Assembly: GCF_009914755.1 (NCBI RefSeq)
Contig: NC_060927.1
Direction: 5' to 3' (one strand)
From: the human T2T-CHM13v2.0 reference genome, Homo sapiens
Length of the DNA stretch: 64,000 nt
Within the stretch, counting starts at the first letter, position 1. Each line of letters starts with the position of its first letter. Shown here in pieces: positions 1 through 14,482 of the stretch. The notes beneath the pieces were generated by a model, which was not told the origin of the DNA, ran no database searches, and worked only from the letters and a program-made list of their open reading frames with translations. A program made the position numbers and the translations under genes.

Positions 1-400
1 TCTGATACATTTTGACATGTGTATACATCTGTAAACCACCAACACAATCAAGGTATTGAACTTATCCATCACCCTCCAAAGTTCCGGCATGTGTCTAACC
101 CCTCCTTCCTGCAATCCCCTCTCTCAACACACATATCCCCAGGCAGTCACTGATCTGTGCTCTATCACTGTACATTGACATGCATGCCCTGGAATTTTAT
201 TTTGATTCAACTTTATTTCCCTTGTTGTCTTACTGCCTATAGCAGGGCAAAAGTAGGGCTTACCTTGTTCAACTTCTGTCTTTTGTAGCCTGATGTCAGT
301 GTCTTGAAGAACATTTACTTCACATGTTTTGTCTGGTTTTAATGATTGTTTCAGGTAGGAGACTCAATCTAGTCCCTGTTACTCTATCTTGACTGAGAGC
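1..400 (-). mobile_element. Ancient L1M fragments (3'-end-like 1-200, 5'-end-like ~260-400)
   Basis: Motifs such as ccaccaacacaatcaagg..aacttatccatcaccc resemble old L1 3' UTR. The 280-400 segment resembles the reverse complement of the L1M 5'-end-like sequence at ~41140-41290. Confidence 0.5.
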
Positions 401-750
401 TTCTGACTACCTGTTATATAGATTTTAAGTGACAAAGTGGAGCTGGAAGCCAAGTCTCTCCTGTCTACTACCATATACTGACAGTCACGATCAGAACAAA
501 GGGGCCTGGACCCCCATTTCAATGTCCCTCAGCCTGACACCACCTTTCTGTGATTTTTATTTCCCAAAATACTGTCCCTTGGAGTTTATTACTGCCCCCT
601 ATATAAATTCATATGTCAGCATACAGTATTCTTTTTCTCTATCCTCTATTTAAGACCAGTCTTGGTTATACGTTGGGTGTGATTAGTAATTAAGTGAGAA
701 ATTGCTAGAAAATAATGTCATTTTGTGACTCTCTTAAGGGTCCAATTAGA

Positions 751-904
751 CTGGGAAAAATAGTGAAACTGCAAAAAATCAAATAAAATAAATAAAAATA
801 ATTAAAAAGTTAGCTGGGTGTGGTGGCACACACATATAGTCCCAGCTACTTGAGAGGCTGAGGCAAGAGGATCACTTGATCCCAGGAGTTAGAGGCTGCA
901 GTGA
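751..904 (+). mobile_element. AluJ/FRAM-type fragment (linker plus right arm, truncated, no tail)
   Basis: tagctgggtgtggtggcaca..tagtcccagctacttgagaggctgaggcaagaggatcacttga..ccaggagttagaggctgcagtga. Confidence 0.85.
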
Positions 905-1474
905 ATGTAACTAAAAATTTTATTAATTATTCAAAAAATGTTCTAAAGAAGAAAACTATGTTAGAAATTGGTTAAACATTATTTAATCAAACACACACAC
1001 TGACTGCAAAAATATCTGTAAAAAATGAAATTTATTATGTAAACATTAGAAATATGTCTTAAATTCAGGTATAATTTTTATCTGATGGACTTGAGAATTT
1101 ACATTTTATGGTTCATTACAATGGTTGCCATTCACAGATGCAAAAACACAACTTACCCCCGCTAAGAGGAAAACTCACATATTAAGAATCTTCTCATTGT
1201 TTGATTTCCAAATACCCATGTACATGAGTATTTTTTTAAATGGCAAGCTTCTCTATTTCTACAGAAACTCAAACAACAGGTACCTCTGAGCCCAGGCTAC
1301 CATCTGTAGTCACACATGGATTTTTACATGTTCATAGAGCTGAAAAGCATTTAACGAAACCTCTTTTATTAAGGCAGTGAGGAGGCCACAGATAAGTTGT
1401 GTTTTATGGCCTTCATTGTTACTGATTCCTTTGCAAAAGTTGTTAATGACTTATTTTTGAACATACATATCTTT

Positions 1475-2089
<615 letters not shown>

Positions 2090-2199
2090 GAAAATACATA
2101 TTTTTCTATTAGAGTAATTGAAGCTGTTAGTTTGAGAAAAAAAATAAAAAAACAAGAAAAGTATGAGGCAAACTAAAAAGGCAACTACAGAGCCACAGG

Positions 2200-2900
2200 A
2201 CAGATGCGTTGTGAAAATGTTTGGTAATATAAGTTAGAACATAGTTCAAGCCTCTGTTGGTCACGTACTGGTTTATAATATTAGACAGTGACTATGCCTC
2301 TTTTAACCTTGAGATTGATAAAAGGATGAAATAAGGTAATAGATATGAAGGCACTTTGGAAACTGTTAACCATGATAGACAGAGTAATTAAAACATTTTT
2401 TGACCTGATGTATTTTAAATTTCATTAAGTCAGAGAATGTCTAATTAACCACTGTATCCCCAGCATTATCAAGAGTGCCGACCTATGGTCACTTCTCAAT
2501 ATATATTTTTTGAATGAAGGAATAAATACATGGTTGCACAAATCTCATCTCTTGCCATTCCTTACCTCTCATGTTCAAGCCCAGCCACACATATCAATTT
2601 GCCAGTTCTGAGCCTTATCTCATTTTTTTCTGACTTTGGCCCCTTTGCACATAGTATCTTCTGTGCCTGAGTGCTCCCACTACCTTCATTGGCTGGCTGA
2701 CACCCTCTTTCAAACTCAGCCCAGGTGTCAACCCCTTCAGGGAGCTTTCTTTTACTGTCCACCAACTGAGACTTGCACTTCCCTCACTCCACTGCACTCA
2801 CATTCTGATGCAACTCTGCCATTGGGTTTCACAATGCTCACTTCTGCCCCAGGCACGTTCACTCTTTTGTTTCTCTGCCAAGCCTTAAGCTTCCAGAGAA
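2200..2900 (+). mobile_element. Degenerate MIR and L2 fragments
   Basis: MIR-like aaggatgaaataaggtaatagatatgaaggcactttggaaactgt; L2 3'-like cactgtatccccagca..ctcaatatatattttttgaatgaaggaataaa. Confidence 0.5.
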
Positions 2901-3206
2901 TAGACTTTTAGACTTGCATCTTAAGAGGCTACATATGGTGTGTGGCATTTAGACAATGGCCAATTCAAAACCATAATAATAAATAATTATTGAATAAACA
3001 AACTCCTTGATGGCTGGAATAATCTATTTGACATCTTTAACATCTACTAAGTTTGGTGCAGCTCTAAATAAGAGACACTAAGTTAATATTAAATAGCTAA
3101 TTCATTATTCATTTATTTTACTTAATACTTGTGAATAGCTTCCTATTCTATTCCCCACTTTGTGTAGCTTTCTTCTTTTTATTGTACTTATGCATCATAA
3201 AAATCT

Positions 3207-4969
3207 TGTACTAGTCCATTCTCATGCTGCTATAAGGACATACCTGAGACTGGGTAATTTATCAGGGAAAGAGGTGTAATTGACTCACAGTTCCATAGGG
3301 AGGGGTGGCCTCAGGAAACTTACAAACACGGTGGAAGGGGAAGCAAACATGTCCTTCTTCACAAGGCAGCAGGAGGGAGAAGAATGAGAGCAGAGTGAAG
3401 GGGGAAGCCCCTTTTAAAACCATCAAATCTCGTGAGAACTTACTATCACAAGAATAGTACAGGGAAAACTGCCCCCTTGATTCAATTACCTACCATTGAG
3501 GCCCTCCCATGACATGTGCAGATTATGGGAACTGCAATTTAAGATGAGATTTGAGTGGGGACACAGCCAAATCATATCATTCTGCCTGGTCCCTCCCAAA
3601 TCTCAGGTCCTCACATTTCAAAACACAGTCATGCCCTTCCAACAGTCTCCCAAAGTCTAAACTCATTCCAGCATTAACTCAAAAGTCCAAGTCCAAAGTC
3701 TCCTTTGGGACAAGGCAAGTCCCTTCCACCTATGAGCCTGTTAAATCAAAAGCAAGTTAGTTACTTCCTAGATACAGTGGAGGTACAGACAGTAGGTAAA
3801 TACATCAATTCCAAATGGGAGAAATTGGCCAAAACAAAGGGGCTACAGACCCCATGCAAGTTTGAAATCCAATGAGGCAGTATTTAAATCTTAAACCTTC
3901 AAAATAATCTCCTTTGACTCCATGTCTCATATCCAGGTCACACTGATGCAATAGGTGGGTTCTTATGGGCCTTTGATACCTCTGCCCCTGTGTCTTTGCA
4001 GGTATAGCCCTCCTCCCAGCTGCTTTCATGGGTGGACATTGAGTGTCTGCAGCTTTTCCAAGTGCACAGTGCAAGCTGTCGGTAGAACTAGCATTCCAGG
4101 GACGAGAGAATGGTGGCCCTCTTCTTGCAGCTCCACTAGGCAGTGCCCAGTGGGGATTCTGTGTGGGGGCTCCAATCCCACTTTTATGCTCTGCTTCCTC
4201 TTGAATGCTGTGCCTTTTAGACTTTTTTTTTCCTTCCCCACCAGATGCCCTAAATCATCTCTCTCAAGTTCAAAATTCCACAGATCTCTAGGGAAGGGGC
4301 AAAATGCCACCAGTCTCTTTGCTTAAGCATAATAAGGATCACCTTTATTTCAGTTGCCAACAAGTTCCTAATCTTCACCTGAGACCACCACAGTGTGGAC
4401 CTTATTGTCCATATCACTATCAGCATTTTGGTCAAAACCATTCAAGGAGTCTCTAGGAAGTTCCAAACTTTCCTGCATTTTTCTATCTTCTGAGCCCTCC
4501 ACACTTCCAACCTCTGCCTGTTACCCAGTTCCAAAGTTGCTTCCACATTTTTGGGTATCTTTACAGCAACACCCCACTTCTGGTACCAATTTACTGTATT
4601 AGTTCATTCTCACACTGCTATAAGGATATACCTGAGAGTGGGTAATTTATAAAAGAAACAGGTTTAATTGACTCACAGTTCCAGAGGACTAGGGAATCCT
4701 CAGGAAACTTACAAACATGGCAGAAGGGGAAACAAACATGTCTTTCTTTACAAGGCAGTAGAAGGGAGAATAATGACAGCCAAACAAAGGGGGAAGCTCC
4801 TTATAAAACCACCAGATCTTGTAAGAACTTACTGTCATGAAAATAGCATGGGGGAAACCACCCCCATGATTTCAATTACCTCCCACTGAGTACCTCCCAA
4901 AACATGTGGGGATTATGGGAACTACAATTCAAGATGAGATATGAGTGGGGACACAGCCAAACCATGTCA
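3207..4969 (-). mobile_element. THE1 (MaLR) element with two LTRs and an internally deleted internal region
   Basis: Direct LTRs 3207-3579 and 4595-4969 (tgta.tagt.cattctca..acacagccaaa.cat.tca); THE1-int-like 3580-4594; 5-bp TSD aatct/gatct. Confidence 0.92.
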
Positions 4970-5485
4970 GATCTCTATACAAGGGAAATATTCTGCAGGA
5001 TGAGAAATGCCAAGGAATAAAAAATGAAACTAGTAGTAATCTAGATATTTATGTCCTTAACAATTTTTCTATTTTAAAAGGCTCAAAGAAATATTAAAGA
5101 TAGGTAGACATTTCAAGTGCACTTTTACATCTCATTCTACCTGAAAATACACTTTTCCTAAAAGTCAGTAATTTAAATACAAACTGCTAGAAGTGCCCAT
5201 CCTTTTTATATCCATATATATATATATTTTTTAAGGCAGTTCTTAGTGTTCTGTATCAGTCTTCATTTTGTCTTCGTTTCCATTTGAAAAAAAAATAGTA
5301 ATACACTTGGTTTGTGATGTTTTAACTCTAAATTTATAGCTTACATTTTACTTATGGCAATGGTATATGTGTGACATATATATGAGATATATATATAATG
5401 TATATTGTATATATTATATATGTAATATTTTAAGTTACTTGCAACTTCAGGATAAATGATTTTCTTTGCAAGGATATTTGAAATC

Positions 5486-6022
<537 letters not shown>

Positions 6023-6124
6023 TCACTGCTTGAAAACAAAATCTGTTAATACAATTTTCAGTTCTTAGATGTTTCACTTGATGTGTTTGACATTCTTTGG
6101 CAAAACAGGAAAATTAATTGCTTT

Positions 6125-6402
6125 TAATGTAGGTGAAAGGATACAGAATAGCATACATATAAGATTAACAATGTAGAGATCTAATGTACAACATGAGGAC
6201 CACAATTAATAAAACTATAATTTATTGAGGATTTTGGTTAAATAAGTAGACTTCATCTACTCTTGTCACCAAAAAAGTAATTATGTGAAACTATAGTTAT
6301 GTTACTCTTTCACTATAGTAACCATTTTACTATTTATATGTATCCTCTGACTTCATGTTGTAAACCTCAAATACACACAATACAATTTATTTGAAAAAAA
6401 GC
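6125..6402 (+). mobile_element. 5'-truncated old L1M (L1MA/MB-type) 3' end
   Basis: gagatctaatgtacaacatgaggac..catgttgtaaacctcaaatacacacaa plus A-tail; exact TSD aattaattgcttt at 6112-6124 and 6403-6415. Confidence 0.8.
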
Positions 6403-7675
6403 AATTAATTGCTTTAAGAACTATAGAATCATAAGATTGATATAATTCAGTAGGGTGATTATCTAAAAATGATTTTTAAAATTTTTATACCTCAATTATT
6501 ATTCATTCAGCTGTAACCAAATGTGACATCTTAGCTATCTTTAAATAAAATTTGTTTAAAATGTGAAGCATAGCCCTAATGATTTCTTAATAACAACTTT
6601 TAAATCTACTGAGACAGTTAGTAAGACAAAGTAGTTTAAAATAAAAATTTAAACCTTTAAAGAAACTCTGTGACAACTCTGACTAGGACTGAAATACATT
6701 GATCCCATTTTGTGCTAATGTAAGGCTAGAAACTTTCTAGGCATTTTCAATGATTTTCCACTGAGGTTTCTGACCTTTATCCAACACAAGAATTAAATCT
6801 CCAAAGTGCCGAAATTTTTCCTCTCGTTTCCTACCTTGCACAAAAATCCAAATCAAATGCTTGTCCCAGATGGTCCATGTTGTGATTTTACATAAGGCTG
6901 AATTTTCTGGCCCCTGTACATTTGGATTAACTCCTGAATGGGCACAATTGTCCTGAATTAGTGTGAAATATATTGGCTCATTGAAATATGTACCCTTTGA
7001 GGCATTTTCTTTGCTAGGGGAGCTGATATTAAGTAGGTCTTGCTATTTGATATTATTAATGGAATTTTAATGTAGAGTCAACCTCACTCATAGGTCTCGA
7101 GTGACCCTTAAAAAAGACCCTCACAAGAATAGAAATGTAAATGGATTGGTAGAATGAAGAAACTATGCTCCTTTCTACTCTCTTCATAGTGGCCCTCACT
7201 TTCATCTTTCATTTCCCTTGTCTACAGTGTACCCTCAGGAAATTCACCTGTGATATACTGACCATAATAGCATTAATCAGAAGAGTAAGAGATACTTATA
7301 TGAAATAGATCTGATCATTTGGGCTAAAAATATGCATATTGGAATAAGATGTTTTATCCCTTCTTTGTACCAGTTTTAAAATCACCAAAACTACCTTCAA
7401 AATGATCATTTTTAAATAACAAAGCAATGGAAGTACGTTTTATCCTCAAGATGTGTGATTTTACTAAAGGAATAATAAATATAACAATTCAGCACATGGG
7501 CTTATATGACACTAGATAAAATACAACTAATGTGCTGAGTAAATTATGTCCTAAATATGAACGTATAAATATAACCTGGAATGAACCTATACTGATTAGT
7601 GCAGTGAAATGGAATAAAGGCTTCTGTACAAGAAGTAATATATTGTAAAACTGGAGAAAAATCTTGGAGCCTGGT

Positions 7676-8024
7676 TGCTATGACCTGAATGTATCTGTCC
7701 CCTCAAAATTCATATATTGAAAACTAATATCAATGCAATAATATTAAAAGGTGGGGACTTTGGGAGGTGATTAGGTCATGAGGGCTCCGTCCTCATGTCC
7801 TTCATCCTATGAAAGAGGTTTATGGAACCCACTGTGCCCTCCTACCATGTGAGGACACATAGAAGACACTGTCTATGAGGAATTGACCCTCACCAGACAA
7901 TGAATCTGTTGGTGCCTTGATCTTGGACTTCCCAGCCCCCATAACTGTGAGAAATAAATTTCTGTTGTTTATAAATTACCCATTCTAAGGTATTTTGTTT
8001 TAGCAGCAGGAACAGACTAAGATA
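7676..8024 (+). mobile_element. MLT1A-type solo LTR
   Basis: tgctatgacctgaatgtatctgtcccctcaaaattcatat..gccttgatcttggacttcccagcc..gactaagata; same family as 50346-50683. Confidence 0.85.
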
Positions 8025-9609
8025 CAGGACCTTCAGTCCCAAGCGACTTTTGACTTTATTTTTTAGGTAAGGAAAAAAAACCTTTGCGCAAAGAGTGACA
8101 TGATCAAAGCAGTCAAGTATTTCACAGTCCTCAGCAATCTTCAAGTTCAACAGGGACTTTCTGTCATGCTGTGAAGCAGGATGCTTTTAATTCATACAGC
8201 TCTGGAAACCTCATGAAAGCACTTGATAAAGCTGATCATTTCAAATTGATTTTAAAATTCAGAAGTGCCACCTTGGGATTAATAGGTCTCCTTCAGTTTT
8301 AATCTCCAGTAAGATCCCAGCAGCCACAGCTTGCTGAGATAGATGTACACTTGAGGTGAAAATGAAAGACAGTGGGAGAGTTCACACGCTACACAGCAGA
8401 AAAGGTTGAGAGCGAGAAGTCAAGGTTAAGGGATGTGAGCAATGTCGACCTACTCACAATGAGAGAGGGAAGATAAAACCATGGTATATAATGACATAAG
8501 GAGATATTAAACAGAAGCCAGGGAGCCATTATTTCTTCCTGACAAGGGGAAAGGAATAGGATATAATGGTCATGTGCTGCAGTCGGGGAGTATTTAAGTC
8601 AAATACTGAGAAAATTTCAGCTTAAAGAACATTTAAACAAGTATTCACTGGAGGATTGAGAAACCTTTGTAATACTACATATTCAAGACAGAAACTTGGC
8701 ATTCATTCTTCAAGAAAGATTAAACAGTAGTCCACTGCCTGCTAAACTGACTGGGTGTCTTTTCATTTTTTAAAAAAACTTTATATTTTATTATGGGAAG
8801 GTGGAGAGGGAGGGAGGCCACACAACATCAACCAAATGCTTATAAACTTTCTCACAGTGTGGTTTCGATTGTGCTATCACTAACTAAAACAGAATTCATA
8901 AGCAAAGACTGTGACATTGTGGAGCTTTAGTCAGTGAGTTAAAAAAATTAGCACAAATGCCCAGTAGGAACATTAGACACTGAATGAATATAAGCTTTGC
9001 AATTTTCAATATCTTCTTATCTAATCTGATAGTATCTTTTCATCCACTGGTGGTTGGCATAAATCTCAGACTATAACTTGGGCATAAAAGAGGAATCCCT
9101 TTATTTTCTATTACCATTTAATTTCTGACTTTGTTATTTAATGGGCCACCGGAAAATGTTAACCTCAGTTCCTCCTATGCCTCTTTCTCTTCTCCAGGTT
9201 TGGACCATGTTTTCTGAGGCCTTATGCGTTGCCTCCGGCTCTTGGTCTCTGGTCCACCCTGAGGGTTACTCAATGTCAGTTGTTCTGGTCTGCATGAGAT
9301 ATTGTTCCTGTCTGCCTACTCTTTCAGGTCAAGAGACTCTTGGCTACTCCTACTTCCAGAGGAGAGAGGAGCAAAAAAATGTGAGGATCTCAGTCCAAGT
9401 GAACAGCCTATGTGATATCCCTTAGATAGGAAGGATCATAGACCTGCTGAGAAACATAAAGAAGGCCAAGGTGGCTAGAGCTCAGAGAATCAAGGAAGAA
9501 AGACAGAATAAGCCCATGGGCCTATCTGTTTACCTGCTCCCAGGATGTCACTGCATGCTTCCTGACTCTGCCTGCTAGTTACACTACTAGGGGACAGGCC
9601 CTGTTTCTG

Positions 9610-9846
9610 ACTTCCAGAGAACCATAGCCCAGGAGAATTTGTTTCTAGGACTACGGGACAGGTTAAGCCCCCATCTACCTCCTGCTTCTCCAAGACATTT
9701 TTTTTAATTTCCCCAAATCCCCCCTTTCCTCATTACTGCCTTCACAATCCTTGTAGTATTTTTCTAAGAGTTGAGATGTACCACATACCTCCTCAGAGTC
9801 AATGTAATGAAGACTCATTCTAGTTGAAGGGCAGGAAGGGAAATAT
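9610..9846 (-). repeat. Copy A of a diverged ~240-bp direct repeat (possible ancient Gypsy-like LTR part)
   Basis: Aligns by eye to 11028-11272. Confidence 0.7.
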
Positions 9847-11027
9847 ATGTAGGAAAAAATGTATGTTAATATCTCCACATATTGTCCAACCTTCATTTAA
9901 CAGCAATAATTGAGTGCCAACAATATGCCAGGCACTGCGCTGTGAATACAGAGATGAGCTAAGTATTTGCCATGCCTTGGGGCTTCTCATAGTCTTATGG
10001 GATAATACAAGAAAGAAAAAGGATTAATATGAGAATAAAATTATATTCAGAGCACATTTTTATGGGCTTATTTAGATTTTTGAATTTTAGCATTAAATGG
10101 AGTCAAACTACTAGAAACCCTTCAGACCCTGTTTTTACAAACGTAGATTCTGAATGTCATGGGATCTTGGATATCACTTTACTTCTTATGTGATATCCAG
10201 ACACCCTTAATATTACCAAGAAGTAATCATACAATCATTGCTTGAAGATTTTCAGTTTCACATAAGTCCATTTAATTTTTTAACAGTTCTTTTTCTTAGA
10301 ATTGTCTTTCTAATAATAATAATAATATTAATAAAAAAATACTCCTTATAATTTCATTTGGTGGTCCTTACTCTGCTCTCTGGAGCCAAACAAAATAAAT
10401 CTAAGTTCTCTGACATTGTGGAAGTCTTATAATTAATTATGGAGCTATGTTTGACACTAACATATTTCTCAAGAATTAAGTGCTTAACTAGATGGCCCCC
10501 AAATTCAGACATTTATCATGATGATTTGCCTAGTAATGCCTCATAATTAATGTTTAAGAAATTGGATGTGGTTTATTATTCTTTTTTGCATATTACTACA
10601 TCATATAAAATGCATTATGATGGATGTTTTGAATTAGTATCATTAACATATTCACTTATGGTAGAATAACTTTACTTGTAACCAGAGATTCACAATCATA
10701 TGTATAATATTTATGCTTTTGAAAATGCACATATATTTTGCTCAACAATTTGGAAGGTGCAGTAAATATAGTAAATATAGCTCAAATATAGTAAACATTA
10801 AAAAAATACACTAACCTGTTGCACTAATAAACACTAAAGGAAAAAGTCAGGGAGTTAAGTCAGGGATACCCATGGTGGTAACAAATCTGGTGTAACCTCA
10901 TCAGGGCAGGAGGTGTGGACCCTTAGTTTTGCAGTCCCAGAAACAAACTTGTTAGCAACTCCAAATTGAATACGTTCTTGGAAATGCACTTTCATTAACC
11001 AGATTGTCAATATGTGAGAGGATGTGT

Positions 11028-11272
11028 ACTTCAGAGACCATAGCCCAGAAGCATTTGTTTCTAGGAGCAATGAAATAGGCTAAGTCCCTCTCTATCTCTT
11101 GTTTCTCTGAGACGTATTTTTTATTTTAAAGAATTCCTTTTTTCTTTATTTCTTTCACAACCCTTAAAGTATTTTTTAAAAGGTTAGAAGTTACCACATA
11201 CTTCTCTGACTCAATGTAATAGAGATCCAGCTTCTAGCTGAATGGAAGAAAAGGAAAGGGGGGAAATGATAT
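11028..11272 (-). repeat. Copy B of the diverged ~240-bp direct repeat
   Basis: Shares ccatagcccag, atttgtttctagga, ttcacaa, taccacatac, tcaatgtaat, ttctag.tgaa in the same order as copy A. Confidence 0.7.
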
Positions 11273-11373
11273 TTAGATTTTTGGTAATGTGGGATAGAGA
11301 AACTCAGTACTTCGGATTCAGGGTACCACCTTTTCTATCTCAGGGCATCCAGAAGGCCAAAGAAATAACCAGA

Positions 11374-11769
11374 CGCTATGAGAAAACGTTGAGACTGTAA
11401 CAGCCCTCGTAACTGTGAAGGAACTGAGAAACCAAAGAATAAATCGGACAAATTCATTTTGATGAGTAGATGAGTTGATTAGGACCTGCATACAGGGCAC
11501 TTCTGGATGGCAGCAGGACAGCTCTAGAGTTCAGCACTACCTCCTGTGTCCAAACTGGTTTTAAGCTAATTTTCTGGCTCTTTGCCTACATGTTTGAGCG
11601 ATTAGGCTATTCACTTTGGTAGGTTCTCAGATACTCTGGGATGTGTGGGTTCTCAGGGACACCTGCTCCTCATCTGGGCACCATGGCCCTGGCTCATCAC
11701 TCAGGCTTCAGGGTTTAGGCAATGGGCATACACCCTTAGGTAGCCTGGTTGGGGATCCATCACACTACA
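11374..11769 (-). mobile_element. ERVL-class solo LTR (LTR47-like)
   Basis: Minus strand starts tgtagtgtgatggatccccaaccagg..ccatggtgcccagatgaggagcaggtgtccctgagaaccc; TSD ccaga/ccagg. Confidence 0.7.
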
Positions 11770-12617
11770 CCAGGATTTAGCGGAATTTAACAGAATCACT
11801 TATTCGTTGTCTTACCAGCTATTTGCTGTAAACTAAGGTTAACCTTAATGAATTCTTTTTGTTGTTTATTAAACTACTCCTCTGTAATGTTTTATGTCCA
11901 CCAGATAAGACACATATCTGGACAGTGCTAGATATACATCAATAAATTATTATTGCCCAATTGTTTGTTTTTGTGTTCTTCATGCAGACCACCTCCCTAC
12001 TTTTAACTCATCATTATATTAAGCAGATAACAACTCAGATTCCTCCTCCCATGGTTAAGTTGTAGCCTTGAGAATGTATTCTGGTCACCATAATTTGATT
12101 GAGGAACTCCATGTTTTTATTACACTCAAGAATGACTTGATCATTTTGCAAAAGTCTTGTTAGTCTCATTAAATCCCTTTCACATACTATCTTATAGATG
12201 GCTGAGCCTATCCATTTATATTGATTTTATTAGGTTATATTTCAAGGAGTGAGTTTTCTGACCTCACCCTGTGAGTAAATTAAATAAATGATTACAGAGT
12301 CTTTCTGGGGATTCTAGCAAAAATCAACACAAGTCCACCAAAAAGCTCACTGGGAAATTTGTGAAAGAACTGCCGTTTAAATTTTGACTCATCAGGCTTA
12401 TCGCTCATTCTTTCATTACATTTTTTTCTTGAAATCTCATCAAAGATTAGTGTAATCTTATCTAAAGGGTCACATAACAAAGGAAATAGTAATAACCAAC
12501 ATTTCTAAAGTTGGATGTTTAGGATTACCAAGCACTGTAATACATACTATTTCCTTTGATCCTCACAGCACTGGTGGATTATGATGTTTAGTATCTTCTA
12601 AACTTTAGAATAGAAAA

Positions 12618-12726
12618 GTGGTCCTTGAAATGTGGCTTCCACACCAGCAACATCAATATTACCTGAGAGTTTGATAGAAATGCAAGACCTTGGTGCTCTC
12701 CAGGAGTACTGAATCAGAAACTCTGT
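12618..12726. mobile_element. MER5A-like hAT DNA transposon fragment
   Basis: accagcaacatcaatattacctgagagtttgatagaaatgcaa..tactgaatcagaaactctg. Confidence 0.75.
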
Positions 12727-12849
12727 TGCTTTGTTTTGGTTTGTATATATCAGAATAGTTTTTCTCATTATAAGGCATTCAAATCTTTTGGGCCTAAGGA
12801 TGGTGGGGGCTTTCCTACAAAATTGCCTTCCCCTCCAAAGAAGACATCA

Positions 12850-13950
12850 ATTGTATTTGCTATTCAGCATTCATTCACCATCTACTTTCCCCTACTTCCT
12901 TCTGTGAGATGCTCCCATCCTCATTTGCTTTAAGTGAGCTACAATCCACAACATCCCCACCCACTGCCTCTGGAGTGAGCATTTTTAGCCAAGCTAATTA
13001 GCCTGTCATGTCTCCTGGACACAGTAATTGGTACATGGACAGGGCATATGACCAAATTAAATCTGAAACATTAAGTATTTTGCTAGTTTGTGCTCCTAAG
13101 TATACATACTAGGGAAATTTTCTCACAGATCCACAAGGGGCCAAGTGTCATGATGTTTACTGCAGTAATATCTGTTTTATTTACTGATGTGTCCCAGGTA
13201 CACAAAACAGTGCCTGCTGCAGTGTAGTGCCCATGATATTTATAAAAAATAAGTTGTTTGTGGCAAGCAGAGTTGGAGGCAGCCTGACTGTCATTGAGAG
13301 AGAGAGGAAAAATATGATGGATGCATACTGTGGGGTGTTACACAGCAAATAGAGTAAATAGATGTTCGATAGTAACATAATTGGAACTTAAAAACATAGT
13401 GCTTAGCAAAACAGTAGGATATATAATAAACTATGTAAATTAAAACACAGTTATACAAATAGTATGTATTTTGCAAAAATACAATACAATAAACAGGTAT
13501 ACAAACGGTATTGGTACATATGATAGAAAATATATAGATAAATACACACATAATACTTAAAGCAAGGAGTATTGAAAGGGCCAATGTCGGTGTGTCATGA
13601 ACTGAAAGGTATGCTTGACTCAAGCTCAAGGACCTGAAGTTAAAAAAATTGCTAGGAATTTTGAGAAAGTAGTTCCTCTCTTTCATGAAACCCAATTAGG
13701 ATATAACCCTAGGAACAATAGGAAAGGAGAAACTGGAACCTGATTACATCATGAAGACCTTGCATCCAGCCTTGCTAGAAGTGTGTTTACAGGCTGGGTA
13801 TGTTCAGTTACTGTTCTGTACTCTTCCAGCTCCATTTCTTGTTGCTGTTGTTGTAAAAGATCATTTGAGTATGGTTTTTTAAAAAAGCTTATAACCAAGA
13901 AAATACTGAGCATGTCTTTTTTTGTTTTCCTCAATCGACTTGTGAAAATA
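12850..13950. mobile_element. Old ERVL LTR (LTR33/LTR16-like) pieces split by an L1ME 3' fragment (~13095-13600) that carries an L2 end
   Basis: cctggacacagtaattggt..gggcatatgaccaaat (LTR33-like); ctagggaaattttctcacagatccacaagggg (L1ME-like); ttttatttactgatgtgtcccagg (L2-like). Confidence 0.4.
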
Positions 13951-14482
13951 CTATTCTAATCTTCTGTCTCAATTCCACCATAAACACACTCATGCACATG
14001 GTGAGGCAATCTGATGTTGATGCCTTCACCTGTCTACTACAACTGCTTTTATTGTTACCAGTAATCCCTAATCAGGATATATGTTTGATGCCTTCTTAAA
14101 ACGCTCTCCTATCATTTAACTGATTGTTCATCCTCAGGCATTTCTACTGGATCTTTCTTAAATATAACGATTTTCAGTCCATCGTAGCTGGAGATAAATA
14201 TCTAACCAACTGTGTGTAACAGGCACTGTAAATCGGGGCAGATGTACCAACCAGTGAAAACAGCCACTGGCCTGTAAACAAAGGAAATCATCTGTTTGTG
14301 TAGCGCTGGGTCAACTTCAGCCTGGGTGGAAAGTATTTTTATTAATACTATTCTTGTTATTAAGCTCCGAGGTACTGTATTAATTCTCTCTGTTTTACAT
14401 TTTCTATCACAACTAAATTATCCAATGAAATAAATAGCTTTACTATCACTTCAAAACTAAAGACTTCAAAATCTGTATTTCT

